Positions 17,165-26,569 of a stretch of 64,000 nucleotides of DNA are shown in pieces. Each line of letters opens with the position of its first letter. Position 1 is the stretch's first letter. A program made the translations under genes and the position numbers. Origin of the DNA: an uncultured Methanosarcinales archaeon (GTDB lineage: Archaea; Nanobdellota; Nanobdellia; Woesearchaeales; DSVV01); the NCBI GenBank assembly GCA_964556185.1, contig CAZKVI010000003.1, positions 2,089-66,088 of the forward strand. The letters run 5' to 3'. The notes under the pieces were generated by a model. It saw only the letters and a list, made by a program, of their open reading frames with translations. It was not told the DNA's origin and did not search any database.

Positions 17165-19261
17165 ATGGCATTCTTTGGATCAGGATATAAAGGAGAAATG
17201 AAAGAGTACTTCTCAAGTCCAGCAGGTTATTTAGGTAGTTTTGGTGATAATCCTAGAGCTCCAAACATAGAAGCACCAATTATAGGTGTGAAAGATCTTG
17301 GCCAGAGCGTTACAGAAGGTCAAAGATTTGGTAGCTTATTACAAACTTCTACAGAAGCAATAAGAAGAGGAGCAGGTAATATGGAACTTGCAACTATTGC
17401 AGGTGGTCAAGAACCAGGCGGTGCAGAATCTTATGGTGTAGAAGCTAGACAAGCACTAAGAGAATTAGCAAGAGCAAATAATATTTACTTTACTTCAGTC
17501 CATTCGCCTGTTCAAGTTGGAAATGTTTCTGGATTTAATCCTCAAGAAAGAGGTTTTAATGATGAATTTAGACATAGAAGTGTTGAAGAAGTTAAAAGAG
17601 CAATTGAATTTGCAGCAGATGTAGGCGCAGGCGCAGTTGTTGTACATACAGGAGAAGCACAAAGAGATATGTCTCAAGCTCCTTGGAATAGAGAAATTGC
17701 TCCAGGACTGATGGAAATGATGAGTTTTGAAGAAGAACCAGGCAGACAAGTTCTTTATATGGTAGACAGAAGAAATGGTAAATTAATTACAGAAGTTAGA
17801 AAATCTCAAATTGTTTTCGAACCAGAATATGAAAGAGTAGAAATAGCAAACGGTGATTGGAGATATGTATCTGCAGATGGAGATATATTAGATGAGAATA
17901 ATGTCGACCATCTACTACTGAGAGTACCAAAATGGGATAATGAAAGAGCTAAGTTTAAAACATTTAGAAGAGATTGGGATTGGTTTAAATATAAAGCAGA
18001 ACGTTGGGATAAACTTTATCCAAGACCAGATAAAAGAAACTGGACAGCAGAAGAAATGTTTTTTAGAACACAAATGGAAACCAGAATTTTACAATCAAGA
18101 GGTCATTCTTTATTCTATGCAGGTAGATATGAAAAACAAGTAAAACAAAGAGATAGATTATTGAAAGCATTGGAATATTATGGGGAACTTGAGAAAAATA
18201 TACCTGAAGAAGAACTTTGGAAAATTATGAGAGAAGATACTGTATTTTATGGTGCTGCAGGCCAGATTGTCCACGGTGAAAAGAAAAAACCATCTGAAAT
18301 ATTAAAAGATGAACTTAGAGAAACAAATTTAAGTCTAAGACAGATTCATGAAGCTTCTTCTGCAGCAGACGCGCAAGCGGACGAGTATGAAGAAACCCTA
18401 TTACATGTCATGCCAGTTGTTGATTATGCAAAAGATAAAACATCTAGAAGTTATGCAGAAGCAGGAATCTTAGCAATGGATGTAACCCAAAATAATAAAA
18501 ATGTTCAACAAGATGTTTTTGTTGCTCCAGAAAACCTTTGGCCAGAGATGGGTTATGGAACACACCCTCAAGAATTAATTGAATTAGTGTCTGGTGCAAG
18601 AGAACGAATGGTTCAAATGCTTACAGAACAAATGATACCTGATCCTCACGAGCGAAGAGATGAAAAAGGACACCTTCTTATGGTTCCAAATCCTAATTAT
18701 CAGAAAATGGAGAAAGGCAAAGCACAAGAATATGCAAAAAGACATATTAGAGCAACATTTGATACACAACATTTAGGTATGTGGTGGAAACATTTTCAAC
18801 CTTTACCAGGAGAAACAAGAGATAAAAGAAGAGGACGTTTTAAAAAATGGTTTAAGTCTCAAGTTAAAGATATGTTAAAAAAAGATATTCTTGGTCATGT
18901 GCATGCAGTCGATGCTCTTGGTGGTGGTCATCATCACTTACCAATTGGTCAAGGTGACTTACCAGTTAAATGGGCCTTAGAATATCTAAAAAAGAAAGGT
19001 TTCAAAGGAACAATGGTTTCAGAAGGTCATGAAGAAGAATCAAGATTTGGTGCAGGAAGACAATTAACAGCTTCTTGGAGACACTTAGGCACAAATATTA
19101 CTGGTTCTCATGCTGGTGCAGGTGGTGCTGTACCAGGTGGTGGAAATTGGAATGATATTCAATATTCTTATTTCAGAAATATGCAATCTCCTTATTTTAT
19201 TTTCGGAGCTTATTCACCAAGCAATGATTGGCAATTATGGTCACAAGTACCAATGGAATGA
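17165..19261 (+). CDS. xylose-isomerase-like TIM-barrel (AP endonuclease 2 superfamily) protein with a very large internal insertion
   Basis: The motif order 'FTSVHSP', 'AVVVHTGE', 'FDTQHLGMWW', 'GHVHAVDALGGGHHHLPIGQGDLP', 'MVSEGHEE' matches Endo IV/sugar-isomerase barrels. About 350 aa of charged helical sequence lie between the second and third motifs. Confidence 0.55.
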   Translation: MAFFGSGYKGEMKEYFSSPAGYLGSFGDNPRAPNIEAPIIGVKDLGQSVTEGQRFGSLLQTSTEAIRRGAGNMELATIAGGQEPGGAESYGVEARQALRELARANNIYFTSVHSPVQVGNVSGFNPQERGFNDEFRHRSVEEVKRAIEFAADVGAGAVVVHTGEAQRDMSQAPWNREIAPGLMEMMSFEEEPGRQVLYMVDRRNGKLITEVRKSQIVFEPEYERVEIANGDWRYVSADGDILDENNVDHLLLRVPKWDNERAKFKTFRRDWDWFKYKAERWDKLYPRPDKRNWTAEEMFFRTQMETRILQSRGHSLFYAGRYEKQVKQRDRLLKALEYYGELEKNIPEEELWKIMREDTVFYGAAGQIVHGEKKKPSEILKDELRETNLSLRQIHEASSAADAQADEYEETLLHVMPVVDYAKDKTSRSYAEAGILAMDVTQNNKNVQQDVFVAPENLWPEMGYGTHPQELIELVSGARERMVQMLTEQMIPDPHERRDEKGHLLMVPNPNYQKMEKGKAQEYAKRHIRATFDTQHLGMWWKHFQPLPGETRDKRRGRFKKWFKSQVKDMLKKDILGHVHAVDALGGGHHHLPIGQGDLPVKWALEYLKKKGFKGTMVSEGHEEESRFGAGRQLTASWRHLGTNITGSHAGAGGAVPGGGNWNDIQYSYFRNMQSPYFIFGAYSPSNDWQLWSQVPME

Positions 19262-19498
19262 TTAAGGTAAGAAATCAAAGTCAGCTGGATGTCTATAAAT
19301 TTTAGGATTAACAGGTTTTTTGTTTTTCTTATAACAATCTTTACAAAAAAAGAATTTCTTATAAGTGTTAGGAATTTTTCTAGCATGCATATGTTCTTTA
19401 CAAATATACATACCACAATGATCACAGAACATATCTGTATGGGCTTTGCATTCTTTACACTTTCCGTCGACATGCATACGAATTCCCAATAAAATCAC
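19262..19498 (-). CDS. Cys/His-rich zinc-finger protein
   Basis: 'CKECKAHTDMFCDHCGMYICKEHMH' and 'FCKDCY' are present. The start could be the internal MHVDGK. Confidence 0.4.
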   Translation of the reverse strand: MILLGIRMHVDGKCKECKAHTDMFCDHCGMYICKEHMHARKIPNTYKKFFFCKDCYKKNKKPVNPKIYRHPADFDFLP

Positions 19499-19505
19499 CT
19501 ATTAA

Positions 19506-19775
19506 TTATTTAATTAGTTCATCTAATTTATCAGTTGCTTTTTCATCACCAGGTTGCTTTGCAGCCATTTCCTTAGCTTGTGCTTCTAAATCAACACCTA
19601 AATCCTTAAGTCCTTTAACATGCATTTGCATTAATTGCTCTACAATATTTAAGATCTTAATCATTTCTTCTCTTTCTTTTGCTAATGTAGCTAATGCTCC
19701 CTTGTGAAAACCTATTTGTTCTTCTTTACTTGCTGCAGGAACTTGAGCAGCAGGTTGTGGTTGTTCTTCAGCCAT
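19506..19775 (-). CDS. hypothetical helical protein
   Basis: ORF with start at MAEEQ. A leaderless-type TATA lies upstream. Confidence 0.4.
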   Translation of the reverse strand: MAEEQPQPAAQVPAASKEEQIGFHKGALATLAKEREEMIKILNIVEQLMQMHVKGLKDLGVDLEAQAKEMAAKQPGDEKATDKLDELIK

Positions 19776-19896
19776 TATGTACACCTCATAATCTTGATAA
19801 AGTTGATTAAATTACAATCATATATAAATTAATCGCTTAAAATTATTTATTCTAATAGCGTAAACTTTATATATCTCTACATACTAAATCAACAAC

Positions 19897-20112
19897 ATGG
19901 GAACAAAAAGATCAACAATAATACCAAAAGCACCTTTAGCAAGAATTCTAATGAATGCAGGTGCAAAAAGAGTTTCAGCAGATGCAGTAAATGCACTAAC
20001 AGATGCAATGGAAGATTTCGCAGAAAGAATAGGAACACAATCTGTTAAAATCGCAAAACACTCAGGTAGAAAAACAGTACATGAAGGAGATGTTAAATTA
20101 GCTGCAAAATAA
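19897..20112 (+). CDS. archaeal histone (HMf family)
   Basis: 71-aa histone fold with 'PKAPLARILMNAGAKRVSADAV' and 'HSGRKTVHEGDVKLA'. BRE/TATA 'cgtaaactttatatat' lies upstream. Confidence 0.85.
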   Translation: MGTKRSTIIPKAPLARILMNAGAKRVSADAVNALTDAMEDFAERIGTQSVKIAKHSGRKTVHEGDVKLAAK

Positions 20113-20144
20113 GTTATTTCTTTTATTATTTAATTTAGAATTGA

Positions 20145-21047
20145 TTAAGCTGCAGGTCTAGGTTGTTGTTGACGTACTGGTCGAGGTCTTGCAGCAAGAT
20201 ATGTTCCAGTAGCATCTTCTAAAGAATATGCATGAACATCTATTCTTGTTTCTATTGTTGTAGTTGCATCAGCTTCAATAATTTTTGGTCTTGATCTAGC
20301 CTTAGCAGCACAAGCCATCATCGCATCAATTGTACTATTAGCTCTTGTTGATCCATCATATTTATTGAAAGCTCTCATTGTATATTGAAGTCTTTGATCT
20401 TCCATTCTTTGTTGTATCTGTAAATCTTCTTCACGAGCAGCATCTTCTGTTTCTCTATATCTATCAACTGCTGCAACTAAAGTAGATCTATTAACTTCTC
20501 TCTTAATAGGTTGCCTTAGTGGAACTACATTAGCAGGTCTTTCTAAATACTCATCAACTGCTGTAACTATTCCTGGTTTAGTACCAGAAGCTCTCCTACT
20601 ACCTACTAAATCTCCATAAGAATAACCTGTTGCAGCCCTTGTTCTTGCTCTTTGCTTAGCAGCTGTTTGAGAATATTGTCTAACTTGAGGTTTAGCATAA
20701 CTTTTTCCACCATATGCTGAAACCATATCTGCATGACTTGGACTATTTCCATAAGCTGATCTTCCAGAACGTACAGCAGGTTTTCTTTCTGAGTCTGCAT
20801 ATGTTATAGCAGGAAGATTTGCATACCATGTTCTATATGCTTGAGCTCCAGCTATTACTGCAGCACCTACCAAAGCAAATAATGATGAAGTTTTATCAAA
20901 TCCATAAGTTAATGCTTCATTAATACCAAAAAGAACTCCACCTAATCCAGCTGCTTGAGCTGTTCTAACCATCATTTCTGTAAGTAAATCTACTTCTCCT
21001 ACTGCTGACTCAACTACATCATCTATTGTTCTAGTTATTGAGGTCAT
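20145..21047 (-). CDS. hypothetical Arg/Ala-rich protein with an N-terminal hydrophobic region
   Basis: ATG start at MTSITR. By manual count the product has about 10 Lys against about 30 Arg. It ends 'RPRPVRQQQPRPAA'. Confidence 0.5.
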   Translation of the reverse strand: MTSITRTIDDVVESAVGEVDLLTEMMVRTAQAAGLGGVLFGINEALTYGFDKTSSLFALVGAAVIAGAQAYRTWYANLPAITYADSERKPAVRSGRSAYGNSPSHADMVSAYGGKSYAKPQVRQYSQTAAKQRARTRAATGYSYGDLVGSRRASGTKPGIVTAVDEYLERPANVVPLRQPIKREVNRSTLVAAVDRYRETEDAAREEDLQIQQRMEDQRLQYTMRAFNKYDGSTRANSTIDAMMACAAKARSRPKIIEADATTTIETRIDVHAYSLEDATGTYLAARPRPVRQQQPRPAA

Positions 21048-21134
21048 CCCATATCTATTAAACACTTCAATTATTTAAAATTTTACTTATTATCACCTAA
21101 AAGTTTATAAATAACCCCGAAAAAACAGACTATA

Positions 21135-21172
21135 GCCTGTGACTAATGAGAATCGAAAGGTTTGAATGAGGC
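21135..21172 (+). promoter_or_regulatory. putative kink-turn (K-turn) in the rpl7ae 5' leader
   Basis: 'GCC-UGU-GA-C...U-GA-GGC' has a 3-bp C-stem, a 3-nt bulge and tandem G.A/A.G. These enclose AAUC-GAAA-GGUU. The element starts about where a TSS is expected, 25 nt from the TATA 'aaagtttataaata'. Confidence 0.4.
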
Positions 21173-21227
21173 CATAAGTTCTATTAGTCATTTACTATTA
21201 ATTAAAGGCATATTGGAGGTAAATAAA

Positions 21228-21545
21228 ATGGCAGACAATGATAAAGTATACGAAGCTATTGAAGTAGCAAAAGCTACTGGAAAAATTAGAAAAGGTACAA
21301 ATGAAGTTACAAAAGCAATTGAAAAAGGCAATGCAAAATTAGTTGCAGTTGCATCTGATGTTAATCCACCAGAAATTACAATGCATCTTCCTTTATTATC
21401 AAAAGAAAAAGGTGTTCCATGTTTTACAGTTGGAAATAGAGAAGAACTTGGAGCTGCTGCTGGTTTAGGAGTTTCTACAACTGCTGTTGCAATTGTTCAA
21501 GAAGGAGAAGCAAAAAACCTTATTGGAAGATTATCTAAAGAATAA
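21228..21545 (+). CDS. rpl7ae: 50S ribosomal protein L7Ae
   Basis: '[29 protein letters not shown]' matches L7Ae. SD 'ggaggt' lies upstream of ATG 21228. The listed ORF start at 21162 is an upstream extension. Confidence 0.9.
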   Translation: MADNDKVYEAIEVAKATGKIRKGTNEVTKAIEKGNAKLVAVASDVNPPEITMHLPLLSKEKGVPCFTVGNREELGAAAGLGVSTTAVAIVQEGEAKNLIGRLSKE

Positions 21546-21556
21546 GGTGTAATAAG

Positions 21557-21847
21557 ATGGCAGCAATAAAGAAAATGGTTAAAAAACCTGGCAAAGAAGA
21601 AGCCTCTGCAAAAGGTCAAGTTAATTTTTCTTATGCAGTTCCTGCAAAAGTTGAAGAAGTAATTGGCAGAACTGGATCAAGAGGAGAAGCTACTCAAGTA
21701 AGATGCAGGGTTTTAGATGGTCGTGATAAAAACAAAGTATTGAGAAGAAATGTTAAAGGTCCTGTTCAAAAAGATGATGTGTTAATGTTAAGGGAAACAG
21801 AAATCGAAGCTAGACCATTAACAAAAGCAGGAAGAGGACAAGGGTGA
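21557..21847 (+). CDS. rps28e: 30S ribosomal protein S28e (with N-terminal extension)
   Basis: '[51 protein letters not shown]' matches S28e. Confidence 0.85.
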   Translation: MAAIKKMVKKPGKEEASAKGQVNFSYAVPAKVEEVIGRTGSRGEATQVRCRVLDGRDKNKVLRRNVKGPVQKDDVLMLRETEIEARPLTKAGRGQG

Positions 21848-21852
21848 TTATA

Positions 21853-22035
21853 ATGGTTAAATGTACTTTTTGTGCAAACGAATTCCCTAAAGGAACTGGA
21901 AAGATCTTTGTTAAAAAAGATGGAAAAATATTTTATTTTTGTTCAAGCAAATGCGAAAAAAGTCTCTTAAAATTAAAGAGAAATCCAAGAAAAACTTCAT
22001 GGACAGAAACATGGAGAAAAATAAAAAAGAAATAG
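21853..22035 (+). CDS. rpl24e: 50S ribosomal protein L24e
   Basis: 'MVKCTFCANEFPKGTGKIFVKKDGKIFYFCSSKCEK' matches L24e. Confidence 0.85.
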   Translation: MVKCTFCANEFPKGTGKIFVKKDGKIFYFCSSKCEKSLLKLKRNPRKTSWTETWRKIKKK

Positions 22036-22047
22036 GTGATGTTAATG

Positions 22048-22524
22048 ATTCAACAAACATTAGTTTTACTAAAACCTGATGCAGTCGAAAGAGGACTTAC
22101 AGGTAGAATAATTGATAGGTTTGAAACAGCTGGATTAAAACTTATAGCTATGAAAATGGTTTGGATTGATAAGGAGTTTTCAAAAAAGCATTACAAAGCT
22201 CACGTCGACAAACCTTTTTATGCAGGTCTTGAAGAATTTATTGTTTCAGGTCCAGTAGTTGCAATAGCTATTGAAGGTATTGAAGCTGTTGAACTTGTAA
22301 GAAAAATGGTTGGTGCAACAGAACCAAAAGCTGCTCAACCTGGTACAATTAGAGGAGATTTTTCACATCACTCTTATGGTTATGCTGACGAAAAAGGCAT
22401 AGCAATCAAAAACCTAGTTCATGCTTCTGGTAGCTTAGATGATGCTAAAGAAGAAATGAAAATTTGGTTTACAGAAGAAGAACTACATAAATATGATTTA
22501 GTTCATGAAAAACATACAAGATAA
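22048..22524 (+). CDS. ndk: nucleoside diphosphate kinase
   Basis: 'QQTLVLLKPDAVERGL', 'GATEPKAAQPGTIRGDF' and 'NLVHASGS' are present. SD 'aggtga' lies 9 nt before ATG 22048. Confidence 0.9.
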   Translation: MQQTLVLLKPDAVERGLTGRIIDRFETAGLKLIAMKMVWIDKEFSKKHYKAHVDKPFYAGLEEFIVSGPVVAIAIEGIEAVELVRKMVGATEPKAAQPGTIRGDFSHHSYGYADEKGIAIKNLVHASGSLDDAKEEMKIWFTEEELHKYDLVHEKHTR

Positions 22525-22549
22525 ACAAAAGAATTAGTGAGGTAGTAAA

Positions 22550-24718
22550 ATGGGAGAAAAGATGGTAGATAGGGTTACAAGAAGTATGAAGAACAAAGAA
22601 CAAATTAGAAATATTGCTATTTGTGCTCATATTGATCATGGTAAAACAACATTCTCAGATAACTTATTAGCAGGAGCAGGAATGTTGAGTGAAGAAATCG
22701 CAGGAAAAGCTTGTGTTCTTGATTTTCACGATGACGAACAAGAAAGAGGAATCACAATTGATTCTGCAAGTGTATCTATGGTTCACACTTTCAAAGAAAA
22801 AGATTACTTAATTAACTTAATTGATACTCCTGGTCACGTTGATTTTGGTGGAGACGTTACAAGAGCAATGCGTGCAGTTGATGGTGCAATTGTTTTAGTA
22901 GACGCTGTTGAAGGTGTTATGCCACAAACAGAAACAGTTCTAAGACAAGCATTAAAAGAAAGAGTTAAACCAATACTTTTCATTAATAAATCTGATAGAT
23001 TAATCAAAGAATTACAATTAACACCAGAACAAATGCAAGAAAAGTTTGTCAAAGTGATTACACATGTTAATAAATTAATCAAAGATATTGCAGGCGAAGA
23101 ACTTGGAAACAAATGGCAAGTTAATGTTCAAGACGGTTCTGTTTGTTTTGGATCTGCTTTCCACAATTGGGCACTTTCTATTGACTACATGCAGTCAAAA
23201 GGAATTTCTTTTAAAGATATTATTGATGCTTATGAAGCAGGCGAAGAAGCTTACAAAGAACTTGGAAAAAAAGCACCTTTGCATGAAGTTATCTTAAATT
23301 CTGTTATTACACATCTACCAAATCCAGATGAAGCTCAAAGATATAGAATTCCAAAGCTTTGGAGAGGAGATATGGAAAGTGAAGACGGAAAAGGATTAAT
23401 ATCATGTGATCCAAATGGCCCTTTATTTTTTATAATTACAAAAATTGTTGTTGATCCTCAAGCAGGAGAAATCTCTGCCGGTAGATTATTCTCAGGAACA
23501 ATGAAAAAAGGGACACCTGTTTACTTAAACAGAGCAAAGTGTAATTTAAGAGTACAACAAGTGTTTATTTACAATGGATCTAAAAGAGAAATTGTCGACG
23601 AGGTTCCAGCAGGAAACATTATTGGTGTAGCTGGATTAAAAGCAGCTCCTGGAGAAACAATTACATTAGAACCTTCAGAACCTTTTGAAGAAATTAAACA
23701 CATTTTTGATCCTGTTGTTACAAAAGCAATTGAAGCAGCAAGACCAAGCGATCTTCCAAAATTAATTGAAGTCTTAAGAATGGTTCAAAAAGAAGATCCA
23801 ACAATTAAAATTGAAATTAATGAAGAAACAGGCGAACATTTAATGAGTGGAATGGGTGAACTACACCTGGAAGTAATTGAAAATAGAATTAAGACAGAGA
23901 AAAATGTAGAAGTAAAGACTTCACCACCTGTTGTTGTTTACAGAGAAACCATTACAAAAACATCTGAAATATTTATGGGTAAATCCCCTAATAAACACAA
24001 CCATTTATTCTTTAGTGTGGAACCAGTTCCACAAGCTGTAGCTGATGCAATTAAGTCTGGCGACATCCCATCTGGAAGAATAAAGAAAAAAGACATTGAA
24101 TTAAGAGACAAATTGGTTGATTTAGGAATGGACTCTAAAATGGCTTCACAAGTTAAAAATATTCATGAAGGAAATATGTTATTTGAAACCACACGTGGTC
24201 AAGTACATATTGGAGAAATCATGGAAATGGTTAACGATATGTTTGAAGATGTTATGCATGCAGGTCCAGTTGCTAGAGAACCATGTACAGGAGTTTTAGT
24301 GAAATTTGTTGATTGTAAATTACATGAAGATGCTATTCACAGAGGTCCTGCACAAATGTACCCAGCAATTAGAGAAGGTATTAGAGAAGCAATGGCACAT
24401 GCAAAACCAATGATCTTTGAACCAGTACAAACCCTTCAATTCGAGGCTCCTGAAGAATTTATGGGAGAAGTTTCCAAATTAATCTCTAACAAAAGAGGAC
24501 AACTATTAGACATGCAACAAGATGCAGGTACAGTAGTTGTAAAAGGTAAAATGCCAGTTGGAGAAATGTTTGGGTTAAGTAATGATCTTAGATCTGCAAC
24601 AGGGGGAAGAGGAAGCTCTTCTTTAGTTGATCAGACATTCGAAAGACTACCTGATGAATTACAGCAAAAGATCATAAAACAAATTAGAGATAGAAAAGGG
24701 CTAACAGATGCTCAATAA
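22550..24718 (+). CDS. fusA: translation elongation factor 2 (aEF-2)
   Basis: G domain motifs 'AHIDHGKTT', 'DTPGHVDF' and 'NKSDR' are present, as is the diphthamide region 'HEDAIHRGPAQ'. Confidence 0.95.
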   Translation: MGEKMVDRVTRSMKNKEQIRNIAICAHIDHGKTTFSDNLLAGAGMLSEEIAGKACVLDFHDDEQERGITIDSASVSMVHTFKEKDYLINLIDTPGHVDFGGDVTRAMRAVDGAIVLVDAVEGVMPQTETVLRQALKERVKPILFINKSDRLIKELQLTPEQMQEKFVKVITHVNKLIKDIAGEELGNKWQVNVQDGSVCFGSAFHNWALSIDYMQSKGISFKDIIDAYEAGEEAYKELGKKAPLHEVILNSVITHLPNPDEAQRYRIPKLWRGDMESEDGKGLISCDPNGPLFFIITKIVVDPQAGEISAGRLFSGTMKKGTPVYLNRAKCNLRVQQVFIYNGSKREIVDEVPAGNIIGVAGLKAAPGETITLEPSEPFEEIKHIFDPVVTKAIEAARPSDLPKLIEVLRMVQKEDPTIKIEINEETGEHLMSGMGELHLEVIENRIKTEKNVEVKTSPPVVVYRETITKTSEIFMGKSPNKHNHLFFSVEPVPQAVADAIKSGDIPSGRIKKKDIELRDKLVDLGMDSKMASQVKNIHEGNMLFETTRGQVHIGEIMEMVNDMFEDVMHAGPVAREPCTGVLVKFVDCKLHEDAIHRGPAQMYPAIREGIREAMAHAKPMIFEPVQTLQFEAPEEFMGEVSKLISNKRGQLLDMQQDAGTVVVKGKMPVGEMFGLSNDLRSATGGRGSSSLVDQTFERLPDELQQKIIKQIRDRKGLTDAQ

Positions 24719-24738
24719 TTCTTTCTTTATTTTTCTTA

Positions 24739-26331
24739 TTATTTTTTCAATTGCTCAGATTTAGCAAAATCTCTATTTGCTTCATCTTGTCTATCCATCC
24801 TTTCTAGTGCACAACCTCTATTGTTATAACATGTAGCCAAGAATTCATCTGAAACGTCTTCTGCTTTATCAATTACAATTGAATATTGTTCAAATGCATT
24901 TTCATTATCTCCTTTTTTAAGGTAAGCATATCCTAATCCTGATATTGCATCATAATCATCTGGTTCTAATTTTAATTGTTCAAATCTACACTCAATAGCT
25001 AAATCATATTCTTCTAAGCTTACAGCTGCAACTGCAGCATTATTATAAACAGCTTTTTGTGTTCCTTCCTCTAATTCATTTCTAACTTCTATTAATATTT
25101 TATAATGACGTAGTGCATCTTCTTTATTTCCAAGTTCTCCATTAGCATAAGCTACACCAAAACGTGCATCATGATTATTTGGATCAAAAGCAAGTAAATA
25201 ATAACCATCTACAATAGCACCTTTCCAATCACCGACTTCTCTTCTTGCACCAAAACTATTAGTTCGTATATACATACAATTAGGAAATAAAGAACTTGCT
25301 CTATTCAAACAATCAGAAGCTTTTTCCATACATTGCTCTTTTTCACCTTCTTCAGCAATATCAGATCTTACTATCCATTCATATCCTAAGTTCCCATACA
25401 TAATTCCAGCAATTTGTTTTTTATTAAGACCTTTCATATATCCTCCTCTTTCTAATTCATCTCTACCTAAACCAAATTCTTCAATATATTCTTCATCACT
25501 CCTTGCAATTCCTGCAGTAGTTTCCCAATTCACATGACTACCATCAAATTTCCCCCATCTTACAAACATATGTTCTGGGCCTAATACAGCTTCAATAGGG
25601 AAATTAAGTACTTGCCCAATTGCAAGATAAATCATTGACATATTGTCACAATCCATTTGGTAAAATCCTTGACTATATTTTTCTATTTTTCTTCTTCTTG
25701 AACCTCTTCTATATTCACTAAGGAAAGAGAAATAACCAGAAGGAGATTGAGTACGTAAAATATGATCATTTATGAAATCATTTACTTCTTCTGATGCTTC
25801 TGTAAATTCATCTCCTTCAAAATCAATAATTTTTTGAGCATTTCCTTCATCTTTTAGATATTCTACAATTTCTCCTTCTTGTTTTGTAAATGCTGAACCT
25901 AGTCTATTATTTTCTTTATAAACAACATTAAATATATCAGAAAGAGCTTCATCAATCCATCCCATAATCTTTCTTATGTCATCTAGATCATATGTTTCTA
26001 TCATTTCACTACTAAAAGCTGAGTCAACTCCTTCCTCACCAAGCCTTGAACCTAAAGATACTCTTTCTGGGCTTGCAATTTCTGCTTTATATTTTGTTCT
26101 AATTTCATGAATAACAGAATCTAAGAAATCATAATTTTCTTGAGTTACTTCAAAACCTTGTAGATGTTCAGCATCTAAAAATGAATGAGCATATGTATTA
26201 TATCTAGAATCAAATCCAGATCTTTCTCTCTCAATTGCCAAGGCTGTAACAGGTGCAAAACTAGTCACAATTGCTGCCAAACCAGCTGCAGCTCCACTAG
26301 CACCCAAAAACCACCTTCTACTCCTTTCCAT
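24739..26331 (-). CDS. Tat-signal protein with a SirB1-like transglutaminase-fold domain and C-terminal TPR repeats
   Basis: 'MERSRRWFLGASGAAAGLAAIV' carries a twin-Arg motif. 'DCDNMSMIYLAIGQVLNFPIEAVLGPEHMFVRW' shows the Cys...His spacing of Transglut_core2. The C-terminal ~200 aa are TPR-like. Confidence 0.55.
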   Translation of the reverse strand: MERSRRWFLGASGAAAGLAAIVTSFAPVTALAIERERSGFDSRYNTYAHSFLDAEHLQGFEVTQENYDFLDSVIHEIRTKYKAEIASPERVSLGSRLGEEGVDSAFSSEMIETYDLDDIRKIMGWIDEALSDIFNVVYKENNRLGSAFTKQEGEIVEYLKDEGNAQKIIDFEGDEFTEASEEVNDFINDHILRTQSPSGYFSFLSEYRRGSRRRKIEKYSQGFYQMDCDNMSMIYLAIGQVLNFPIEAVLGPEHMFVRWGKFDGSHVNWETTAGIARSDEEYIEEFGLGRDELERGGYMKGLNKKQIAGIMYGNLGYEWIVRSDIAEEGEKEQCMEKASDCLNRASSLFPNCMYIRTNSFGARREVGDWKGAIVDGYYLLAFDPNNHDARFGVAYANGELGNKEDALRHYKILIEVRNELEEGTQKAVYNNAAVAAVSLEEYDLAIECRFEQLKLEPDDYDAISGLGYAYLKKGDNENAFEQYSIVIDKAEDVSDEFLATCYNNRGCALERMDRQDEANRDFAKSEQLKK

Positions 26332-26569
26332 TAAATCAAGGAATAAATTGGCTATATATAATCCTTTCTATAGCGTATTATTTCTAAGTAAATACGCTTT
26401 ATTCAGCTAAAAAACCCAAAAAAAGCCCATTTTCAGCTTTAGAATACGTAACCTTTTTAAATCACTGAAATTTTATCCCTAATACATAAAAAGAGGCAAA
26501 GAAGCCTTTAAATCATGAATAGGGCTCAATTAAGGCTCAAAATCAAGAAAACAGTTGGAGGAATAGAGA

